A stretch of 64,000 bases of DNA from Methanomassiliicoccaceae archaeon (GTDB lineage Archaea; Thermoplasmatota; Thermoplasmata; Methanomassiliicoccales; Methanomassiliicoccaceae), in contig JAXGZN010000001.1 in NCBI GenBank assembly GCA_040776945.1, positions 416,001 to 480,000 of the forward strand. Reading direction: 5' to 3'. This document shows positions 58,426 through 64,000 of the stretch, in pieces. The notes beneath the pieces are model-generated. The model did no database searches. It was not told where the DNA came from and saw only the letters and a program-made list of their open reading frames with translations. The first letter of the stretch is position 1; every line of letters begins with the position of its first letter. The position numbers and the translations under genes were made by a program.

Positions 58426-59228
58426 AGGGCGCACACCAGCTTCTCCCTGAGGCGGGGATAGAAGCTGCGCTCCATCCGGATGAAGCGACTCTTCCTCTCC
58501 GCCAGTTGGAACTCGCACATCTCGTCACCCTCCATCGGCATCTCTTGCTGGCCGTCGATAACGCACAGGCAAGGCTTCGGTCTCGCCAGCAGTAGATGGA
58601 CGTGCGATGTCGCCGGCACCACGAGAGGCCGGGTCCCGAACTTGAACGGAGCCATGGGGGCGATGAGGAACGCGTCCACTCTCGGGTCGATTATCGGCCC
58701 GCCGACGGACATGGCGTAGCAGGTCGAGCCGGTGGAAGTGGCGACGATGATGCCGTCCGCCCGAACGTCCATGGCCAGTTGGTCATCGACAAACACCTGG
58801 AAGTGGCGGATCTTCGCGATGTGGGCGGTATGCACCGCCGCCTCGTTGGTCGCGTCGAACAGCCGGCGGTCCCCCACCCTTGTCGCCAGCTTGACCCGGT
58901 CCTCGATGAAGTAGTTGCCATCGAGCAGGCTGCGTATGCCTTCCTTCAGGTCGTTCTCGGTGATCTCGGTCAGGAACCCCAGGGCCCCGGCGTTGACCCC
59001 GAATATTGGGGCCTCGGTGCGCTGCAGGGACCGTAGTATAGTTCCGTCCCCTCCGACCGTCACAAGCACGTCGATGTCCATTTCCTCGATGGGCATCCCC
59101 GGGCGGCCGAACAGGCCGGCCAGGCCGGACTCCAGTACTATGTCCTGGCCCTCCAGTTCGTTGAGCACCTGGCGGCTGACCCTGATCGCTTCGGGTATCT
59201 CTGAATTGGCGGTTATGCCGATCCTCAT
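58422..59228 (-). CDS. nadK: NAD kinase
   Basis: GGDGTIL, GALGFL, NE and ADGIIVATSTGSTCYAMSVGGP motifs. Confidence 0.93.
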   Translation of the reverse strand: MRIGITANSEIPEAIRVSRQVLNELEGQDIVLESGLAGLFGRPGMPIEEMDIDVLVTVGGDGTILRSLQRTEAPIFGVNAGALGFLTEITENDLKEGIRSLLDGNYFIEDRVKLATRVGDRRLFDATNEAAVHTAHIAKIRHFQVFVDDQLAMDVRADGIIVATSTGSTCYAMSVGGPIIDPRVDAFLIAPMAPFKFGTRPLVVPATSHVHLLLARPKPCLCVIDGQQEMPMEGDEMCEFQLAERKSRFIRMERSFYPRLREKLVCAL

Positions 59229-59998
59229 AGCATCAACTCCTTGGTCTTCGCGTCCCCATAGGCCAGGAAGTTGCTCCTGGCCGCAAGATCGAAAGGAAGG
59301 TCCAGTACCTTTCCCTCAAGGTCCACTATCTCTCCCCCCGCCTCCCTTAGCATAAGGGCACTGGCGGCAATGTCCACTACCCTTATCCCCTTCTCATACA
59401 CCTTGGTATTGAAGTAGTAGGCGTCGAACCGGCCTTGGGCCACCAAGCACATCTCCAGTGAGGCACAGCCGATGGCCCTGACCCTCGAAGAGCGGCCCAC
59501 GATCTCGAAGGTCCTAGGGTGGACGAACCGGCCCAGATAGAGCAAGGTAGCGGGCCTGGCGGACCGCAGGCTGCGTACCGACATTCTCTCCCCATCGATC
59601 GTGGCCCCTTGGCCTTTGGAGGCTTTGTAAAGCGCGCCGGTCACCAGGTCCAGCAGGACAGCGTGCTCGACTCCGAGGAGCGAGCGCTTGCCCACGGCCA
59701 GGGACACACTGTACATCGGTACGTTCAGGATCGAGTTGTGGGTGCCGTCGATAGGGTCGATCACGAGCGTGTCCTCGAAGCCCCGGTCCACCAAGCCTGC
59801 CTCTTCGCTCAGCAGATTTGCCTCAAGCCCCCTGTCCTCGACCGCCTTGAATATAACGTCCTCGGCAACCTTGTCTATGCTGGAGGTCGGCGTTCCGTCA
59901 GCTCCCATGTACATCTCGGCCCCGCGATCGAAGTCCTTGGGGAGCGCCCTGACCGCGTCCCTGACAAGGTATGCTATCCGTTCCAGCTCCTTCAGCAT
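59225..59998 (-). CDS. Inositol monophosphatase / FBPase family protein
   Basis: GADGTPT, LSEE, IDPIDGT and DIAAS motifs. Confidence 0.92.
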   Translation of the reverse strand: MLKELERIAYLVRDAVRALPKDFDRGAEMYMGADGTPTSSIDKVAEDVIFKAVEDRGLEANLLSEEAGLVDRGFEDTLVIDPIDGTHNSILNVPMYSVSLAVGKRSLLGVEHAVLLDLVTGALYKASKGQGATIDGERMSVRSLRSARPATLLYLGRFVHPRTFEIVGRSSRVRAIGCASLEMCLVAQGRFDAYYFNTKVYEKGIRVVDIAASALMLREAGGEIVDLEGKVLDLPFDLAARSNFLAYGDAKTKELML

Positions 59999-60169
59999 CG
60001 CCGGTGTATCGCGGCCCTCCTTTAATTAGCTAGTGCGAAAATGAGGATCGGTCACATGTTCACCGGGCCGCGGGTTTGGCCGGTCGCGCGGTGTCCGTCT
60101 TCTGGCCCGGCGCGGCCGACCGCAGGGCCGGCTATCTTGGACCTGTGGATAAAAATGAGGAAGGGGTTT

Positions 60170-60364
60170 TCAGGAAATCACAGAGACATTGGGGTGGCCA
60201 TCGGTCATGACCATGAGGAGCCAGCGCTTATCGCTGGCATCGCTGAACCTCATCTCCCCGATCTTCCGAAGCTCATTTCCCACGGGTTTGTGGACATGAA
60301 TTATCCCGCTCTCTTTCCCCTCGTCGTGAACGATCTTCAATTTCAGTTCCATAATATCCCTCAC
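60170..60364 (-). CDS. Small hypothetical protein
   Basis: ORF coupled to the upstream ORF; protein-like composition. Confidence 0.5.
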   Translation of the reverse strand: MRDIMELKLKIVHDEGKESGIIHVHKPVGNELRKIGEMRFSDASDKRWLLMVMTDGHPNVSVIS

Positions 60365-60618
60365 TGCTTGAAGTATAGATCGACGAAGTTGCCTATCTCC
60401 ACATGGGGGCCTATGATCTCGACGTCCGAGTGGCCGGCGATCATTATCTTGCGGAGCGCTTCCTTTTCCTCGGCGTTCTCATAGTCGATGTAACCGAGGG
60501 GGACCCGGCATGTGAACGACTTGCGCAAGTACACCGCAAGACGCCCGCTCTCTTTTCCATCTTCCTGTTCAAAACGCATCGATGTCAGCATGGAGCACAT
60601 CACTTCCGTGACCGGCAT
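60361..60618 (-). CDS. Small hypothetical protein
   Basis: 85-aa ORF downstream of an AT-rich promoter-like region. Confidence 0.55.
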   Translation of the reverse strand: MPVTEVMCSMLTSMRFEQEDGKESGRLAVYLRKSFTCRVPLGYIDYENAEEKEALRKIMIAGHSDVEIIGPHVEIGNFVDLYFKQ

Positions 60619-60841
60619 GACCTTGACCTATAAAAAAGAGTAATAAAGATAGAGCCTATCTGGCAATATAAAAGGCGTTAATATTTGAGCGTTCTATGGT
60701 CCGAGAGCGGAGCAGGCGGTCCGCCCGCCGTCCGTTGATGAGGAAAGTTCACGAGGCCATGATGGACCCTGCGTCAGGCGAAGGCCCGTCGTTCTTCCCG
60801 AATTGGGCAGAAATCGTTTTATTCCCTGTGTTGCCTAGAAA

Positions 60842-61225
60842 GTGGAGAGGCTGAAGATGATAGGGGACAAGCCGCTATTAGTGCCGATCGTGAGCATCGA
60901 TCACGATCGGGACAGGTATATGATCCAGGTCGAGCTGCCTGGAGTAAGGCGGGAGGATATTGATCTGGAGGTCACCGAGACCAGCTTCTGCATCCATGCG
61001 GATAAGGCCGATGCGGCCATAATCGGCTGTTATTTTCTGGCCCATCCAGTGAACGTCGACGAAGCCGACGCGGCCTTCGACGGCAGGATGTTGAACGTCC
61101 AGATCCCGTTCAAGGGGCCGATCCGAGGGCGAACGGTCGAGGTCCGTGAGGGGACCATGGACTTCGCTCAGGTCAGCCCCCGCAGGGTAGACCTGAGAGA
61201 GATATCGGGGAACAGACCCCCATAG
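60842..61225 (+). CDS. Hsp20 / alpha-crystallin family protein
   Basis: VELPGVRREDIDL and AAFDGRMLNVQIP motifs. Confidence 0.85.
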   Translation: MERLKMIGDKPLLVPIVSIDHDRDRYMIQVELPGVRREDIDLEVTETSFCIHADKADAAIIGCYFLAHPVNVDEADAAFDGRMLNVQIPFKGPIRGRTVEVREGTMDFAQVSPRRVDLREISGNRPP

Positions 61226-61679
61226 GTCAGCGGAATGCAGAGAGAAGGCGGCAATAAAGGCCGGCAATGAGCTCCCCTAGGTTGCCCGTTCTCCGTACTC
61301 CATGACCAGCAGTTTTACTTCTCTCTTGAGAGGCCGGGAGCGCAGGAGCATCTGGAATGGATGCCGGGCGCCCGGTCTTCATATCACATCATCCAGAAGC
61401 GTGTTGTGGTCACGTTCATATCGATCGCCGGACCGCATCCACGGACCTGTCTGGCGGAGGTCCTTGCCGGCCGCCTTCTGGAACTTGCGGAACTGTCCAC
61501 CATCTGAGCGCATGGCCGGGCGACCTCCCTCGCCGCCGCTTCCTGGCCTGGCATGTGCTTGGGGATCTCCCCGATCTTGCGGCCCTCTGCATTATGCGGC
61601 CCAACGTTCACGCCGTATCCGCAACGAGATCTATCGGCGCCGCGCATCTATTTATCTGGTGGTGCGTTCCTTCGGCACG

Positions 61680-62345
61680 ATGAGCAGTGGAACGATTCGC
61701 TCTGCAGGGCTTGAAGGCGTTTTCACCGACGGCGAGCGCCTGTACACCAGGAACTCCGATCCCGGCCACGCGGTGTACGGCGAGCGGTTGGTCATCAGCG
61801 GCGAGGTCCAATATCGCGAATGGGTGCCCACCCGAAGCAAGCTATCCGCCTACATCCGTTCTGGAGGGAAGCACTTCCCCTTCCGGCCGGGAACCAATGT
61901 GCTGTATTTGGGCGCGGCCTCGGGGACCACGGCGAGCCACATTGCAGACATCGTCACCGGGGGCACCGTCTATTGCATCGAGGTCTCCCCTCGTTCCTTT
62001 CGGGATCTCGTCTCGGTTTGCGAGTCCCGCCCCAACATGGTCCCGCTGCTCGCCGATGCCACGAGGCCTCAGGAATATTCCTTCGCGGTGTCCTCTGCGG
62101 ACGTCGTCTACCAGGACATCGCCCAAAAAGGGCAGGCCCAGATCTTCATCCGCAATTTCAACGCCTTCAGCGCATCGGACGGCCTGCTGGTCATCAAGTC
62201 ACGCTCAGAGGATGTGGCCCAGGACCCTTTGCGCACTTATGAGGGGTCAAAGAGGCAGTTGATCGCCGCCGGTCTTAAGGTTAAAGAGGTGGTGCGCCTC
62301 GATCCCATGGAGAAGGACCATGCCATGATCGCGGTGTCGCGATGA
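61680..62345 (+). CDS. flpA: Fibrillarin-like rRNA/tRNA 2'-O-methyltransferase
   Basis: [31 protein letters not shown] and YQDIAQ motifs. Confidence 0.95.
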   Translation: MSSGTIRSAGLEGVFTDGERLYTRNSDPGHAVYGERLVISGEVQYREWVPTRSKLSAYIRSGGKHFPFRPGTNVLYLGAASGTTASHIADIVTGGTVYCIEVSPRSFRDLVSVCESRPNMVPLLADATRPQEYSFAVSSADVVYQDIAQKGQAQIFIRNFNAFSASDGLLVIKSRSEDVAQDPLRTYEGSKRQLIAAGLKVKEVVRLDPMEKDHAMIAVSR

Positions 62346-62698
62346 ACTACGTGTACGGGATCGCGTTCGAAGGTGACGAGTTCGTCATGGTCTTCAACCC
62401 CCGCAGGGGCGGATGGGAGATGCCCGGCGGTAAGGTGGAGGAGGGCGAAACGAGCCTGGAGGCGATGCTCCGCGAGTTCCGGGAGGAGGTTGGCCGTGAG
62501 TTCTTGCCCAAGGCCAGTTCTAACATCGGGGGTGTGTCGGTCTACGCGGGCGAGCTCGGGGGCCGGCCTTCGAAGGCGGAGATGGAATGGAGGATCTTCC
62601 GCGAGCTTCCGCGGCCCCTGTCCTTTCCCCTGGTCGAATACATCTCTATCATCGATTGGGCGCGCGAGGCCACCGGACGAGCGAGGCCCAGTGGTTAG
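62342..62698 (+). CDS. NUDIX hydrolase
   Basis: Nudix box [23 protein letters not shown]. Confidence 0.92.
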   Translation: MNYVYGIAFEGDEFVMVFNPRRGGWEMPGGKVEEGETSLEAMLREFREEVGREFLPKASSNIGGVSVYAGELGGRPSKAEMEWRIFRELPRPLSFPLVEYISIIDWAREATGRARPSG

Positions 62699-62729
62699 AT
62701 CGCTCCTGGCAGTTAAATGTTAAATACGA

Positions 62730-62775
62730 GAACGGGGATTGGCTTAAACCTCGCCACCTAAACGCTAATCAGTTC
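62730..62775 (+). promoter_or_regulatory. Stem-loop in the rps15 5' leader (candidate ribosomal-protein leader)
   Basis: GAAC-GGG-GATTGGC ... GCTAATC-A-GTTC can pair; lies between a TATA-like TTAAATA and the GGAGGT RBS. Confidence 0.45.
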
Positions 62776-62793
62776 ACATTTGGAGGTCACATC

Positions 62794-63249
62794 ATGGCTC
62801 GCATGCATGCAAGAAGGAGGGGGAGGTCCGGGTCCCAGCGCCCGTTGATCACCGAGAACCCCGCGTGGGTGCCCCTCAGCAAGGAAGAGATAGAAGGTCT
62901 GGTCATCAAGATGGGCAAGGACGGCGTCACCATGGCCCGCATCGGCCTGCTTCTCCGCGACCAGCACGCCGTTCCCGACGTCAAGCTCGCCACCGGTAGG
63001 ACGGTCCTGGAGATCCTTAAGGAGAACGACCTGCAGGCCAACATCCCGGACGACCTCGTCGCCCTTATGAGGAAGGCCATCAATCTGCAGGCCCACCTTC
63101 AGGAGAACAAGAAGGACCTTGCCAACAAGAGGAACCTTCAGATGGTGGAGTCCAAGATCCGCCGCATCGTTAATTACTACAAGCGCGAGGGCAGCCTCCC
63201 CGCGGACTGGCAGTACTCCATAGCCAACGCTGAGCTGCTCATCGAGTGA
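62794..63249 (+). CDS. rps15: 30S ribosomal protein uS15 (S15P/S13e)
   Basis: MARMHARRRGRSGS, IGLLLRDQH, PDDL and ESKIRRIVNYYK motifs. Confidence 0.97.
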   Translation: MARMHARRRGRSGSQRPLITENPAWVPLSKEEIEGLVIKMGKDGVTMARIGLLLRDQHAVPDVKLATGRTVLEILKENDLQANIPDDLVALMRKAINLQAHLQENKKDLANKRNLQMVESKIRRIVNYYKREGSLPADWQYSIANAELLIE

Positions 63250-63255
63250 TGGTGA

Positions 63256-64000
63256 ATGGACGCAGGCACTCAGCTGCCTGATAAACTCCTTTCTCGTATT
63301 TCTTTAGCCAAGGCGGAACTGGAGAAGGCGTCCGAGGTCCGCCTGGTCTCTCATTATGACGCTGACGGCATATCCTCGGCAGGCGTGATGTGCAATGCGC
63401 TGCTCCGCGCCGGAAAGCGCTTCCACGCCACTATCGTCAAGGGCCTTAACGAGAAGGTGATCGCCGAGACCTCCCCGGGCTGCGAGGTGATGGTCTTCAG
63501 TGACATGGGCTCATCGCACTTGGCGGCCCTTGAGGGTCTGGACTGCAGGGTCATCGTTCTCGATCACCATTCACCGCAGATGGATTCGGAGAAGGTCGTG
63601 CATGTGAACCCTCATTTGGCAGGGATGGACGGCATGACCTCGGCGTCAGCATCGGCAGTGTGCATGCTCCTGGCGGCCAATATGGACGAGCGGAACTGGG
63701 ACCTCCTTCCGATTGCCTTCGCAGGCATCGCCGGCGATCGGCAGGCCATCAGGGGGCTCTCCGGGCTTAACCAATGGCTGTTCGAGGAAGGGCGGAAGAG
63801 AAGGGTGGTGGAGGCCCGCCCTGGCTCCCTGTTGCCCGAAGGCCCGGTCCTCGATGGACTGGTAGGATCGACAGACCCGTACGTGATAGGGATCTCCGGG
63901 TCCACTGAGGGGGCGAAAGCATTGCTGGCCGATGCCGGCGTTCCAGAGGACGCTGACGCTGACAGGCTGGACGTGGCGTCGAGGATGAAGCTGTCTTCCC
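63256..64000 (+). CDS. RecJ-like DHH phosphoesterase, partial (runs off the window end)
   Basis: SHYDADG, SDMGS, LDHH, VNPH and GDRQ motifs; conserved position after rps15. Confidence 0.9.
   Translation, partial: MDAGTQLPDKLLSRISLAKAELEKASEVRLVSHYDADGISSAGVMCNALLRAGKRFHATIVKGLNEKVIAETSPGCEVMVFSDMGSSHLAALEGLDCRVIVLDHHSPQMDSEKVVHVNPHLAGMDGMTSASASAVCMLLAANMDERNWDLLPIAFAGIAGDRQAIRGLSGLNQWLFEEGRKRRVVEARPGSLLPEGPVLDGLVGSTDPYVIGISGSTEGAKALLADAGVPEDADADRLDVASRMKLSS

Noticed and set aside
60730-60800. GAGGAAAGTTC and TGATGA motifs suggesting RNase P RNA or a C/D box sRNA
   Set aside because: No complementary P4 3' strand and no CTGA D or D' boxes are visible; the space is too short for RNase P RNA.
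61302-61679. 126-aa N-terminal extension of fibrillarin in the ORF track
   Set aside because: The composition is not protein-like, and a TATA-like TTTATC element precedes the ATG at 61680, which gives a normal-length fibrillarin.

Overview
This is a high-GC archaeal chromosome segment. It is probably from a Methanomassiliicoccales-type methanogen, inferred from archaeal informational genes (eIF-1A, Rio1, Pus10, eL21, Rpo4, PolB, eL15, fibrillarin, uS15), an MtaA-family methyltransferase and FN3 surface proteins. Most of the window is housekeeping and metabolic genes. The main accessory feature is an AT-rich integrative element of about 13.7 kb (34658-48371) inserted in tRNA-Leu(CAG) and bounded by a 57-bp direct repeat. 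It carries an intact tyrosine integrase with a structured leader, an IS1634 with TIRs and a 6-bp TSD, three small unknown genes and a putative replication origin. It also carries a defence cargo: an ApeA-like HEPN gene (frameshifted), a second HEPN protein with a Zn ribbon, a restriction-endonuclease-like gene split at a T7 run, an HNH nuclease, and a tightly coupled DNA methyltransferase-NurA-HerA operon. That operon is the best candidate for an undescribed defence system. A second, shorter tRNA-Leu repeat delimits a tandem mini-islet with a CopZ-like Fe-S protein. Other notable loci are an amiE-amiS amidase operon next to a decayed integrase at tRNA-Glu, a ppk1 / CHAD-phosphoesterase-HD fusion / ppx / LigD-PE operon, hcp with a divergent Cys-rich regulator, and structured leaders upstream of rpl15e and rps15. 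All product calls come from motif recognition by eye; no database searches were run.
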